Source: Eledone cirrhosa
Lineage: Eukaryota
Reading direction: 5' to 3'
Assembly: GCA_964016885.1 (NCBI GenBank)
Contig: OZ024742.1
Coordinates: forward strand, 131,192,001-131,256,000
DNA: 64,000 bases
In this document: piece by piece, positions 37,938 through 51,992 of the stretch
How the letters are laid out: every line of letters begins with the position of its first letter
How positions within the stretch are numbered: position 1 is the first letter of the stretch
Program-made: the position numbers and the translations under genes
Notes under the pieces: model-generated
The model's database searches: none
Told to the model about the DNA's origin: nothing
Seen by the model: the letters and a program-made list of their open reading frames with translations, nothing else

Positions 37938-39318
37938 GGTGGATTGGCAATATCAGTAGAGGGTCGGACGCCATGCTTTGCAGCATAGAGTTACGGCCCT
38001 TTATGATCTAAGTTCAAATCCCGCCGTCGTTAACTTTGCCTTTCATCCTTACGAAATCGATAAAATAAAGTACCAGTAATACACTGGGGTAATTGCTGGC
38101 CTTGTGCCAAAAGTAGAAACAATTATATGTTGGCTGGATATTCTACATTAGTTACTTATTTAACCCTTCACATCCTATAATGATTTAGCAAAATGTGTGT
38201 TAATTCAAATACTTATCTTTACTAGTCGATAGATCATTATGAACCGTTATAGTAAAATTTGTAATTCTTAATCTAATTTGATGCATTCACAGAGCTGTTT
38301 TGGACTTTTCAAGAATCTCTTGCCAATGTAGTTTCACACGGTACAGGACGTTAAGAATTCATCATTAGCAAAACCAAGCGTGCCAATAATTATGGGTACA
38401 TATATAACTTCATAATCTATTACAGAATTTGTAAATTTCGAAGCAATCGACAATAAATATACTTTTCTCACATGAAAACAATACATGGCTATTGTTTTAT
38501 ACGTCAGAGAATTATATGAGACTTGTGTTTAAATTTAGTGAAAGTTTTCATAGGGATATTCCACTAATAGTCTTTATTTAGTAGTAATCCGCACTTTATG
38601 CAAATGAGCATTTTAAAATATGCACTATTTGCAATATATATGTATAAATTATTAGTTTATATCAGTATATAGGACGGAAACGTCACTGACGATGGGTTAA
38701 TATTCTGAAATATTAGTGTTTGGTGTTCTCACAAGGTTATTGCGGTATCTGTGACATGATTACAGCTTAAAATACACTGTGATTCTGATTCATGCTTATT
38801 ATACTTAGACATGTTACAGTGGGGGATTGGAAGTATCAGGAGAGCGTCCAACAAGATACTTTGCGGAATAGAGTTCCAGCCATTTACGTTTTTAGTTTAA
38901 CTCCCGTCAAAGTAGCTTTACTTTTCACCCTAGATGAAATAAAGTACCAGTAACGCACAGAAGTCCATTTAATCTTCTTTCCCTTTCCCTTTAAATTGCT
39001 GGCCTCGTGCCAAACACAAACAATAATACTTAAACTTATTGTATATACTTCCATAAACGACTTAGTTCTAAATGATGCAACGTTACTGCTACAACCAATT
39101 AATGATTTCTCGTATAGGCACAAGGTCAGTAATTTGGGGGAGGGGAAAGTCGATTAAATCGATCTCAGTACGTTACTGGTACTTTATTTTATCAACTCCG
39201 TAAGGATGAAAGGCAAAGTTAACCACCGCGGGGTTTGAACTCAGACCGTAAAGGGCCGTAACTCTATGCTGCAAAGCATGGTGCCCGATTCTCTACCGAT
39301 ACTGCCAATCCACCGCCC
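37938..39318. mobile_element. Three SINE family 1 copies (37938-38125 +, 38820-39025 +, 39105-39318 -)
   Basis: Consensus matches. Confidence 0.8.
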
Positions 39319-39967
39319 TACTGTTACTACTAATTAATACAATTCCTGACGTCCGCACAAATAATACATCTAAAAAGTGTATTATTTGCAACATCTCTAT
39401 ATAAGCTATTATCCTATTTACTTCAGTCCCGAGAGAGCAAACATCACCGATGATGAAAGAAGATACTAGTTTTTAGTGTTGTCACAGTGTTACTGAAATA
39501 GCAGTGACATAATCACAGCGTACAATACACACAGCGAGATTTATGTATATTTATTATGCAAGAATATATTGTATATGCGTTCATATACACCAATATTCTT
39601 TAAGTTTGATTTTAAAAAATATACTGAGCATCATAATCTAATATTTTTTCCTGGGGCGTTAGTTCATATGGATGGTGTTGCGCATCTCTTAAGCAACAAT
39701 GTCATGTGACTGAAGAAGGTAATATCTTAATAAGTTATAACGTGTATCGTTATATGCTGATAACGTGTATCGTGTTCCTCGGGTAATATGTGAAATAATC
39801 GATAATTTCGACCACACTCTGCGAATTAAGGACTTCCGAGTATTTTATCTTCAACAAATATTTTCTTGCTACTTCATGCTAAGCATTCTGTCGAAATTGC
39901 TATTATGTATGTATGTATGTATGTATGTATGTATGTATGTATGTATGTATGTATGTATGTATGTATG

Positions 39968-42900
39968 TTATCTCTTTCGGGTATTTTTTTTTTGACCGGC
40001 CACCTTCCTGGTGGCAAGATTGTAAAAGAAAAGAAATTGTCATCCCTTGAATCGCAAGAATGTTTTGCAAATTTTGAAGGTGCTAGCTATCGCAGCAATT
40101 TGTAGACTATGAATTAGGGAGCTGCGCTTTTTGTCCGCAAATCCAAGTTCAGTAATACTTTGGTCCAAGCGGGTTGGTATATAACCCATAGCTCCAATAA
40201 TGATGGGTATGAAGCTAAAGGTGTATCTTGGATACTGGATTTGTAAACTCCTCATCAATGGTCCGTAGATGTCCTCCTTCTCCTGTATTTTTCTGACAAA
40301 GTTTACATGAAGTGGGCAGCTGATCTCCACAACAGAACACGTTTTCAATGTGTGGTCCCAAACAACAATATCAGGCCGGTTGTGCTTTAATTTGGTGGCA
40401 GTTTTTATTTTCAGGTTCCACCAGTATTCCTTAGTGCCATCTGTCTCAATATATTCTTCCTCGTTTGTTGTTAATTTTGTTTTCCGAAGTGCGTTCCAGA
40501 TGGTTCTAGCTATCCCATCGTGTCTCATGGGGAGGTAGTAGCGAGATGACATTCTTTCGCGGCTGGCAACAATGTGGCTTACATCCTCGATCTTTGTTTT
40601 ACATAGCCTACATTTATTGTCAGCTACTGGCCCTCCTCTTTTGTGCAGCAGATATTTGGTAGGGAGTTCTTGTTCCTGTATTGCATAGAGATATCCCTCA
40701 AGGTGTGATGTCATAAACTTGTCGGAACTCCATACCAGGCTTTTTGAGTGGTTTATCCCCTCTATGGTCTGTGTTTTACGTCTCAAGTATCCACGCACAA
40801 CTTTTTCTGTAAATTTGTCAATTTTTTTATCTTGTTTGAACATTGAATAGGATCTTCCGATTTCTCTGGGTGAGAAATTTATATCAGGCTTTATTCCATA
40901 TTTCTCCTCCAGATCAGTCGCTATTCTAATGATTTTTTTTTTCATGCTCATAAACCTGGGCAAGATGGTTGCCAACCTTGTTCCTCTGTTGAAGGTGCTG
41001 CTTCAGTGTTACTATCCGGGTCTCATATGTTGTTAATATTGATTTTAGACCCCGGCCACCTTCCCTGCGTAAGAAGTATAGCCTATTCACATCACCATTG
41101 ATGTTAAAGTTCCCAGTAACACTGAGAAGTTTGCGATTTCTAACATCCATCTCACTTAGTTGTTGCAATGACCAGTTCAGCAGGCCAAATGTTGGCGTTA
41201 GAATTGGCACAGCATAAGTATTGTGGGCAATGTATTTGTTGTACGCTGACAGTTCTGATGACCATATTTTCTTTACTCTTCTGAGGTATTCAGTTCTGGT
41301 TCTCTCCTTATTTATGGGTCCATCATATCTGACATTCTCATCCTGTCCAAGATATCTGTAGTTGTCACCTGACTGTAGAGGTTGTATTGTCAGGCCGTTC
41401 ATCTCTAGATTTCTAGAGGAGGGCACAGCTCTTCCACGTTTTACTGCCAAATATGCACACTTGGACTAACCAAATTTCATTTTGATGTTGGTTGAAAATT
41501 GTGCAATGAGGTCCAATTGTTTCTTGACGTCATTGATATTTGGCCCATACAACTTCAGGTCATCAACAAAGAAAAGATGGGAGATACTTCTGGACCCACT
41601 TCTTTGTCCACCTTGTTTCCTGAGTAGGTAAGATAGTGGGTTCAGTGAGAGAACGAAGAGTAACACTGACAAGCTATCATCCTGAAAGATGCCCTTCTGG
41701 TAATGTATCTTATCAGTCTTAACTTGCTCCTTCTCACCTCTAAGGATCAAATTGGTGTACCAGTTCTTGGCCAGGCGTTCAACAGCAGCTACCAATTGTT
41801 GTGGGACTTTGGCTAACTGTAAAGCCTTAATAATCCACCCATGAGGTACACTATCAAATGCTTTTTGATAGTCCAGCCACACCACAGTCATGTTTCTGCG
41901 ATTCTTTGTTGTTTTTTCCTGAATCATTTTATTAGTTAGTAGGTGATCTATGCAACCCCACACCTCCCTCTTTCCACCAGCTTGCTCAGGTGTTATGATG
42001 TTGTTGGTAGCGCAGTGATCCTGTAAGAACAGGTTAAGGCACCCAGTATATAATTTATACATGATGTTTTGGCAGGCTATTGGGCGGTAATTTTTAGCAA
42101 GGATGGTTTGGCTATTTTGGGGAATGAGGAGAGTAGTGGCAGTTGATAACCATCTGGGCAGTTCTTGTGTGCCTTTAATGGTTTCTGTAAACAGCCGTTT
42201 GAGATCTTGCCGATAGAAAGTGAAACTCTTCAACCAGTATCCTATAATGTGGTCTGGGCCTGGCGATTTCCTATTCGACATTTTCTGTAGAGCTGTTTCC
42301 AGTATTGACCCATCTATGTCATATAGTTTTGTCTGGACATGTTGGCAGTAGTCCTGTTCCAGTTCTTTTAGCCAATTAGTTTGTCTGCTGAATCCGTCAT
42401 CCATTTCCCATACAGATCTCCAGTAGCTCTCAACCTGTTCTTCTGAAGGGGTGTCATTTACAGGGATTGAGCTTTTGCCACCGAAGCTGCGATAAACTGA
42501 TTTAGGATCTCTGGCAAACAATCTATTTAGCACTTGTCGTTTATGTGCTGTTGACTTATATTTTAGTCTTTCTGTTGTAGCTGTGAGTTGTTGTTTCAAC
42601 TGGTGTAATTTGGAGTTCAAAGTTTTAAATTTGGTATCTCCAAATCATCTCTCTAACTTTTCTTTTAGGTCTTCCTGGTGTCGTGTGAAGTTGCTCTCTA
42701 TGTTGCATTTCATAACGACTGCGATGTGTGAGATTCTTCGTCTCAGGGACAAAATTTTGGTTTTTAAATTTCGCATCCACGCTGGTTCAGGCTTTCTGTT
42801 TGTATTTTGATTGCGTGGTTTTAGATGTGTGATATATGATAGCAATGTGACAGCTGAAACATATAACAAAATATTAAGCGTTTCAAATGTCGTTTCTACA

Positions 42901-43087
42901 CCTTTAGATCGTTTAGCCTTCAGATAATTGCCAGCTATTTCGTTCACCGCTTCCAATTCCAATTTAGTGGGTTCTTTACTGATTCTGGTGTTGTATGGTC
43001 TGTCACTCACATTAAGGCTGTGTATCTCTTGAAACATATCGTTCCATATCACTTGTAAGGTGTCCACAAGTTTTTGGTGTTCTGTTT
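39968..43087 (-). mobile_element. R4/Dong-type non-LTR retrotransposon (RT + zinc knuckle + REL), ~3.1 kb, flanked on both sides by (CATA)n
   Basis: KSPGPD, NYRPIAC, LDYQKAFDSVPH, GIFQDDSLS, HLFFVDDLK, YRYLG, EGGRGL, CRLC, RPDIVV. The ORF is broken by a few stops and frameshifts (43067-42645, 42620-41466, 41450-40926, 40975-40040). Confidence 0.95.
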
Positions 43088-43165
43088 ATGTATGTATGTA
43101 TGTATGTATGTATGTATGTATTCATATTCATGCATGTATGTACGTATGCATGTATGTATGTATGT

Positions 43166-43207
<42 letters not shown>

Positions 43208-43294
43208 TATCAATCTATTAATGCAGTTATATATATATATACACACACACACATATATATATATATAAAGAGAGAGAGAGAGAGAGTGAGAGAG

Positions 43295-43392
<98 letters not shown>

Positions 43393-44215
43393 GGGAAGAG
43401 AAAGGTATAGATAGATAGATACAAAAAATAGACCGACAGATATGGAGAGCCAGATAGTAAGAACATAGATAGGTAGACAGAACGACATAGCGATGGAAAT
43501 AAATATGTATAAAATACAATCGAAAGACTCAGAACTACATCCAGCGTCTTCAGACGTTGAGATGGACTTTGGCAGTTTCGACCCCCTACCACCGATATTC
43601 GTGGTCCACATGGGGTCACGGCGTCTGACACAAGCCGAAGCACTCTCCGTGATGTAAGAGACACGACAAAACTATAATTTATTGCAATTAAGCTATAACA
43701 AGTCTTCATTTTATTATAGAAATGACTTCTGCAGTACTAGAACTGTAAGAAATCATCAGGAAAGTCAGACAATTTTTGTCAGCTTCAGTATTTATAGTTT
43801 CCTTGGAATGTGTGTTGGGAGGAGTGATTAATGGGTGAGGGGGAGAAAGGAAGGTTGATAGTGGGAGGATGGATAGATAGAGAGGGATGTGGTGTAGTAC
43901 TGAAGGTGAAATAGATAGAGGGAGAATAGATGGTGAAGACCGAGAAGACAAAGTAAGAGGTGAGAAGAAAAAGAAGGAGAAGAAGAAGAAAAAGATGATG
44001 AAGAAGAAGAAGAAGAAGAAGAAGAAGAAGAAGAAGAAGAAGAAGAAGAAGAAGAGGTCGTGAAAGGCAAGGTGATGAATAAGAAGAGGGAAGGGAGATT
44101 AAAGATGGGGAATTACGTTCAGGAGTTCACACCACGTAGGGTTGGCTTTCAGTGCGAAATAAAGGTCTGTTGCTCCCCAAAGTACCATTTTATATACATA
44201 TGTACTCACACACGC

Positions 44216-44375
<160 letters not shown>

Positions 44376-44484
44376 AAATATGTATATATATATATAGTAA
44401 TAATAATAAAATTGAAGACTAAAATCCAAAGAGGGCTCGATAAGGAAAATATATATCAAATATATAAGAACCGTAGAGCAAATA

Positions 44485-45460
44485 TTTATTAAAATAACAG
44501 ATTAAAGTTTAAGCAAAGAATCGCTGCTTTCACCCTTAACGGGATCTTCTGAAACTAACAAAGTCAATCTGTAAACGCAGAACTGGATATTTCAAAAAAC
44601 GTTGCAACCGGAGGAAGACAGGAAGACGATATTTTGGTTCGTGGAAACGTTCGCTGGCAAAGAGCGCGAAAAAACGAATATAATACGTCATTAATAGGAG
44701 CGGTGAAAAACAATTACGCGCAAAGACAGAACCACGTTTATGGTATAAAAGAGGTCGTAGACTAATGTTCTCTTAGGTGGTGCATAGGGACGTTCTCTGG
44801 CAATGAACAAAAAAACGAAGATAATAAGTCATATGTGGAGCGTGGAGAACAAAGCACGCAAAGACAAAACCACGTAAATGGTATAGCAGAAGTCGTAGAC
44901 TAAAATTCTAACTAGGAGACCAAATGAATCTCCGCTACAGAGTTAAGAACAAAGTAAATAAATACAATACAGAAGTAATAGAAACAAATAAATACATACA
45001 CGCAAACAGATACGTACATACACAAGCATACGCAAAACCTTACCATAGGTATACAAAACCACGCACATATAAATATGTGTGTGTGTGTGCATGCTTGTGT
45101 ACAAATAAATAAATAATTATATAAACGTATACAAGTAAATAAATACGTATATAACAAGCGCACACACATACCTACAAATAAATAGACGAATGTTCGGAGA
45201 CGTAAGTCAACTAAAACAAGAAGTACACATATACACACACCCACCATACGTACGAACCTGCATACTCACGCAGACGCAAAACTCCCGTATACACATAGCC
45301 AAACCCTAAATACCAGAATATGTAAAAATTATACGCCATAACAGTCAAATATACGTACGAGAAGGTATACATACCTTCACAAAACATACGGGTTATATAT
45401 ACTTACCTATGCAAATAAGTAAAGGAATAAAAAAAACAAAAACTTAGCTCCCACATCAAG
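44485..45460 (-). repeat. Solo, diverged copy of the ~1-kb terminal repeat of the 6020-10315 PLE
   Basis: Collinear with 6025-7060 with many substitutions and no ORF. It includes the variant HHR at 44506-44556. Confidence 0.9.
44506..44556 (-). ncRNA. Variant hammerhead-like motif (CAGAAGA core), third copy
   Basis: Identical to 6040-6090 by eye. Confidence 0.6.
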
Positions 45461-45509
45461 ATATATATATATAAGAAGAAATTAAAAGATGGTTAAAAAA
45501 GTTCCATGT

Positions 45510-45578
45510 ATTTTATTATGCGCATTTCAAAAACAAATATCATCCTGGGGCGATATTTGCGTTCTCATCAGATAAAAT
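45510..45578 (-). ncRNA. Minimal type I hammerhead
   Basis: AUUUUAU-CUGAUGA-GAACGCAAAUAUCG(CCCCAGGA)UGAUAUUUGUUUUU-GAAA-UGCGCA-UA-AUAAAAU: 7-bp stem I, palindromic stem III loop, AUA triplet. Confidence 0.82.
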
Positions 45579-45790
45579 GGGCAGGCATGATATGATGCTT
45601 ATAAAACACTAGTTAACAAGGTAGTCTCTAATCAACATATGATAAATAAATTTAAACGGATATAGAAGATTGGAAAAAAGAGAAGGAAAGGGAAAAAAAG
45701 GAAGGAAGAGGAAGAAAGGAGAAAAAAGAAGGAAAGGATAACGAAGGAAGAGTATAAGAAGGAGGGAGGATAGAGAAAGAGAAAGGAGAG

Positions 45791-45853
<63 letters not shown>

Positions 45854-47636
45854 TTTAAACTGAAAAACGCTGTCTCCACTGAACAATAACTGAAAAAACG
45901 GTTGTAAATTTATAAAAAAAAAACAAAAAAAACAAAAATAAAATAAAAAAATAAAAAAATGAAAAAATTGATGAGGTTTATGAGTGATGGAGATTATGAT
46001 TACAGATATAGAAATTAAGTATACTAATTATTTATGGTTTATATAGGGTTTGTATACTGAAGGATATATTAAGATGTGCGAAAAAGTTTTATTAAAGTGT
46101 ATTATTAAGATAAAATAAAGTAAAATAAGATAAGGTGAATAAAAATAAAAATAAATTTAATGATTTATAGGGTTAATAAGCTTAGACGACTATATAAGGT
46201 CCAAGTTTGTTTAAATAGAATGTAATTGAAAAAGTAACTTCGATGAATGCTCCAAGACAAGATTACTTAAATATAAATACGACGTCAAACGTTTTTTCGA
46301 TGAATGCTCCTAATAGTAATCTACTGCCAATTCACTACTCTACTCTTAAATAATGAAAATGTTTTTGGAAGAGAAAACCATACTAACCCTGTTGATGGAC
46401 ATTGTGACGCTTATATATGGTTTAACATATTAAATCATCAATATATGTATAAACATATACACTTAGATAGAAAGATGCCTGTATCCAAATATATGTACAT
46501 GCATTTTGTGAGTCGTGTTTTTGAGTTCGCATTAGATAATCAATTGGAAAAATATATAAATAATGATGAAAATTTGAAAAGTGCTGCTCCCAGTTTTAAT
46601 GTAATGGAAGAAAATATTACTTTAGATAGAAAGTAATTGGTAAATTACACAAGGAAATAAATTGAAGATGAAAATATTTATAGCTGTATGTTAAGATCCA
46701 GCATGGAATTACCATAAACTCGAAATATATGACAAGAAAAATCATTTTTTCTATCTAATATAGGCACAAGGCCAACAAGTTTGCATGAGAGGAAAGTTGA
46801 TTAAATTAGTCCCAGTATTTTACTGGTATTTAATTTCATCGATCCCGGAGAGATGAAACGTAAAGTTGACCTCAACGAAATTTGAACTCAGAAGGAAAAT
46901 GCAGTAACAGATACGGCTAAACATTTGTTCGTCGCTCTAATGACTCTGTTAATGCTCTGCTTCTATGACAAGAATATATAATGGTTTCTGATTTAGGCAC
47001 ACAAGGCCAACAATGTTTGGAGAAAGAAAAGTCGATTAAATCAACACCAGCACATTACTGGTACTTTATTTTATCGACCCCCTGAGGATGAAATGCAAAG
47101 TTAACCACGACAGGATTTGAAATCGGAACGTAAAAGCCGTAACTACATGCCACAAAGTATGTTGTTCGACGCTCTACCGATACTGCCAATCTACAGCCCA
47201 ATGATGAGAAAAATAATGACATCACATTAAATATACCTGACATATTCTGCTATAGAAAGTTTATATCTACCTTGACTACAAAGAGATAGAGGTATTTTGT
47301 AAGAACACTGTGATAAAATATCTACTCCAGGACTACAAAGGATCGACCCCAGCGCATTACTGGGACTTTATTTTATCGACACTGTAAGGGTGAAAGGCGA
47401 AGTTAACCTTGGCGGGATTTGAACTCAGACCGTAACTCTATGGTGCAAAGCATGCTGTCCGACGCTCTACCGATATTGCCAATCCACTGCCCTACTAGTG
47501 TAGCATAGAAAAGCAATACAAAAAACTACGAGACACAAATACATTAGGTATGATTGTCTTTTTACAAAGATATGAACAAATGCAGCCCGGAAGTTGAAAA
47601 GAGATATAGATATGAAGGAAAAACAAACAGCTTCAG

Positions 47637-47703
47637 AAATTGTGAAATAGCTAAATTGTGAAATAGCTAAATTGTGAAATAGCTAAATTGTGAAATAGCT
47701 AAA
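47637..47703. repeat. 16-bp tandem repeat AAATTGTGAAATAGCT x4
   Basis: Direct inspection. Confidence 0.9.
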
Positions 47704-48074
47704 CATATCATTACAGAATACCGTGATATAATAATGACAAGAAAGCTAAACAGTGTGGAAATAGACAAGGAAAATTTATAAAAGTAGTTGATAGGTGCAG
47801 GACCTATGACTGATTGTGGTACAAGATGAAAGCCTTCTTACTAGAAAAAAAAACAAAAAACAAAACAGACACGCAATAAAGCAGGATACATTAATTACAG
47901 TATCGGTAGAGGGTCGGACGCCATGCTTTCCAGCATAGTTACGTCCCTTTACGATCTGAGTTTAAATCCCGCCGAGGTTGACTTTGCCTTTCATCCTTAC
48001 GGGGTTGATAATATAAAGTACCAGTAATGCACTGGGTAATTGCTGGCCTTGTGCCTAAAGTAGAAACAATTAAT

Positions 48075-48740
48075 TACAGTATAAGAGGGGAATGGACAAC
48101 GAATCATATTTTCGCTGGCTGCTTCCACCTTAACCAAGAATTCGTACACCCACAATCATAATGAAGTTGGGATTTAAATATAGTTGTCCCAATATTATGA
48201 AATAGAAACAGATTAATATTAGTACAGAATACACCAAATAAGGTCTCCAAGAATGACAAAGTATGTATACGGTGGTATATCCCAATACACACGGATATGC
48301 AGATCAATGTTAATTGACCAGATATTGTGGTCAATGACGACCAAGACATACTTCCTAGTCGGCGTATCATTACCAACAGATGATGGTATATCTCACAAAG
48401 AAATGGAGAAATTATCTAAATATAAAGATATGAAAATAGAAATAATTCCTGTGTGGTGTCTGAAAACAATACAAACATTAACATAATAATATATAGCCTT
48501 GGGAATCATCAAATAGCATACCAGCAAATTGCTTAACAAAAGCTCCAAGACATACAAATATGCAAAATATGACTATTAGATACTGCATGCATATTACATA
48601 GATAACTTTCAATCCAATAGAAACAACACATTAAAAAAAACAACAAAAATAAACTGCAGATACTCAAGCCAAACAGAACTGCTTTCGCCAATGCAAGGAA
48701 AGCAGATAGTAAAAAGAAAACTACTGAATAATAAAAATAA
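48075..48740 (+). pseudogene. Old R4/Dong-type LINE 3' end (REL domain) ending in TAA repeats
   Basis: Manual translation: ...WYIPIHTDMQINVN*PDIVV...VSLPTDDGISHKEMEKLSKYKDMKIEI..VWCLKT. Confidence 0.7.
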
Positions 48741-49456
48741 TAATTGTTTCTACTTTTGGCACAAGGCCAGTAATTACCCAGTGCATTACTGGTACTTTAT
48801 TTTATCGACCCCGTAAGGATGAAAGGCAAAGTTAACCTCGGCGGGATTTGAACTCAGAATGGCAAGGACCGTAACTCTATGCGTCAAAGCATGGCGCCCG
48901 ACCCTCTACCGACACTGCCAATCCACCGCCCTATAATAATAAAATAATAAAATAATAAAAATAATAATGGTTTCTAATTTAGGCACAATGTCAATAATTT
49001 AGAGGGTGAAAGAAGAGTAAATAGACCCCAGCGCATTACTGGTACTTTATTTTTATCGATCCCCGTAAAGACGAAAAGTAAAGCTAACCTCGGTAGGATT
49101 TAAATTCATAACATAAAAGTACTAACTCTATGCTGCAAAGCATGTTGTCCGACGCTCTACCGACACTGACATCCACCCTCCTTAACGAAGTCACTTAAAT
49201 ACAAAGTGGTGTAATGCAGGTGAGGGTCTAACCAATGTAAATGACTCCAGTACCTGACTGGTAATTATTTTATTGACCCCAGTATAGATAATCAGTAATG
49301 AGAAGGCATTCTACATAGCATTTTTGGGGAAAGATTTTAATGGGCATAATTAACCACATTGATAATTATTTTAGGAAAGGAAGGTAAAGCAGTCTTCGTT
49401 GAGATTCGAACTTGAATTTAAAAAGCCATAATGATTTAGAAAATGCTCTTTTCAAG

Positions 49457-49683
49457 GTGTCCAAGATACATGGGAAGAAGGAAGAAACCTATACTTAAAC
49501 CATCGACCAGGACCAAATGTTTACCACAGAGTGTACTCTGTCAAAACCGCTCAAAGATCAGGTGATGTTCTTCAACCGATTGATGGGTTGAATCTACCAC
49601 CCGAGAACAGAGAATATACCTATGATTGTTTACCTTTTAAAAAAGTTCAGTTCGAAGACTATGGTAGAGGTTATCGGTTATGA
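49457..49683 (+). CDS. Candidate coding exon of an unidentified gene (75 codons, ending in TGA)
   Basis: Preceded by the acceptor-like TGCTCTTTTCAAG|. The open frame is not low-complexity: VQDTWEEGRNLYLNHRPGPNVYHRVYSVKTAQRSGDVLQPIDGLNLPPENREYTYDCLPFKKVQFEDYGRGYRL*. No family was recognised. Confidence 0.3.
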
Positions 49684-50911
49684 GGGCCCTGCAGTGATAC
49701 TGAAACCGAAACTATTTTGCTGCAAAACCAAAGTCTGAAACCATACAGATGTTCACGCGCTCATGAGGAGAAAGAAAACGTAAAAACAAAAACACAAAAG
49801 TAGTACAAAAATATAGAAAACATAGAACTAACTATAGAATTCATTAACAGAGAACATCAATTTACTGTTATAATTACAAGAAAATTTGATCGCCTGAAAT
49901 TGTCGTGGGAATATTTTCTTAAGAATTATATAATTATGCTGTTTGTTTAAACACAATGTCTATTAACATAGACATTTTATTTTAGTATGTTTGTTTTAAA
50001 AACATAAAACATATTCATCTTTACTGTTGACGAAATTGGCCGTGAGAACAAAACAATACAGTAAACTTGTGTTTAATAGAAACCGTGCTTTAGTTTTGAG
50101 ACTGCTGAGGTTCGAGTTTCATAAGTGTGCGGTGCTCCCAACATCAACTTGATTTATGTGTTCCCCCAGGAAGCTGAGTCCTGCTCAAACCCTCACACGT
50201 CATCTATGTTCACAGCACACTAAATTAATCTTATCTTGTAAATTTGATTAACTCAGATACATACCTTTTACGCTTTGTCAAAACGAAACAGAAGCGGCAA
50301 GTTGACAAGAATGATAGAAAATGATAGATTCGTCCTTGTATGCTTCCGAATTCAAATCCCCACCTCCAAGGCTGGCTTTTGTCTTTGAATACGCCGAATT
50401 GTTAAAATGAATACTAATAAATTACTGAAGTAGATCAAACGACTGCATTAGACTTTTGCAAAACTTCTTTCAGAGTTACGTCAAAGGAAACTAATATTTA
50501 TAGTTAGATTGTGAATCACGCCATAGAACAGGCAAGAGTTACACATTTAGCGAGATTCGTTTATTTGTAAACTACTATTACAGTTTACTGTAGATGCAGC
50601 AAGTGAAGAAGTTAAGCTTGTAAGCGGTAAGAAATTCGCTTCACAATCATTAGACCTCGTGTTTTATTTTGAACTAGACCACACGTTACCCGTTGGGTCA
50701 CGTTTATTTCAAAATATAAAAAAAAATCATGTTCACTTAAAAATAATTTTGAAATAATTAAAATATACACAGACCTGTATATAAAGTGAAATTAAACTGG
50801 AAAGCCCATATATATACATATGTGTTGTATATATATAAATGTATGTATATATATATATAAGTATGTGTGTGTATATATATATATGTCTGTGATCTGTATG
50901 CATTGATCATA

Positions 50912-50985
<74 letters not shown>

Positions 50986-51628
50986 CACAAAACCACCACC
51001 AGCTCTCTTACATTCTCCTTCTCTGTCTCCTCTCCCTCTCTCTCTCTCTATGTCTCTCTTTCAATCTACTCCATCATAACCACTATCTCTTCCTTTCTAT
51101 CTTTCTCTCTCTTTGTTTATGAAGGTACACAGAAAAACCCCATATCTCGAGAACCCGTGGTCCGCTTTACGCGAAACTTGTTTTATTCCATTTGTATTCC
51201 CATTTCAGGGTCAACTTCCTTTCAAAGTATTTTCCCATGATGCGCCCTTTTGGCTGTATTACATTGCAGACAAGCAGGCAAGCAATCACAGACTATTAGT
51301 ATTATATAATGTGAGGCATCTTGGTCCATGTGTCGTTTACCATAGCTTCGAGTCAACTCATGCTTTGTTAAAGAAATTAGAGAGACAGAAGGCCGTCATA
51401 TAGTCTGTATGTGTAATTTAAAGGACTAGCCTTGTCACATACTATGCAACGCCAAGTTTTCTTGAGAACTACGTTAAAGGTCCACGTATCTGTGAAATGG
51501 TCAAACATTTACACGTTAATGTCATGGGAAGACTGTTCCGTTGATCGAACAACTGGAACATTTATCGTCAAAACCAACAGAGATCCATTCTGCATTTCAC
51601 ATTGCAGTTTGAGGTCTAGAATGATTTG

Positions 51629-51694
<66 letters not shown>

Positions 51695-51872
51695 CAACAC
51701 AACACCACAACAACAACAACAACAACAACAATAACTACTACCCCCATCCCCACAACAACAACAACAACAATAACTACTACCCCCATCCCCACAACAACAA
51801 CAACAACAAGAACTTCTACTACCACCAACACCAAGACCACAACAACAACAACAACAACAACAACTACTACTT

Positions 51873-51910
<38 letters not shown>

Positions 51911-51959
51911 GCGGTTGCTGCTGCTGATGCTACTACTACTGCGGTTGCTGCTGCTGATG

Positions 51960-51992
<33 letters not shown>

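Larger units (their letters stand above)
46745..49180. mobile_element. SINE family 1 cluster (46745-46960, 46980-47195, 47340-47492, 48742-48931, 48966-49180 on -; 47898-48072 on +)
   Basis: Consensus matches of varying age. Confidence 0.8.

Noticed and set aside
38680-38720. CUGACGA...UGAAA hammerhead-like words
   Set aside because: Stems I and II do not pair convincingly; at best this is a highly decayed copy.
46304-46636. 110-aa plus-strand ORF
   Set aside because: It has no recognisable motif and is more likely the antisense shadow of a decayed RT on the minus strand.
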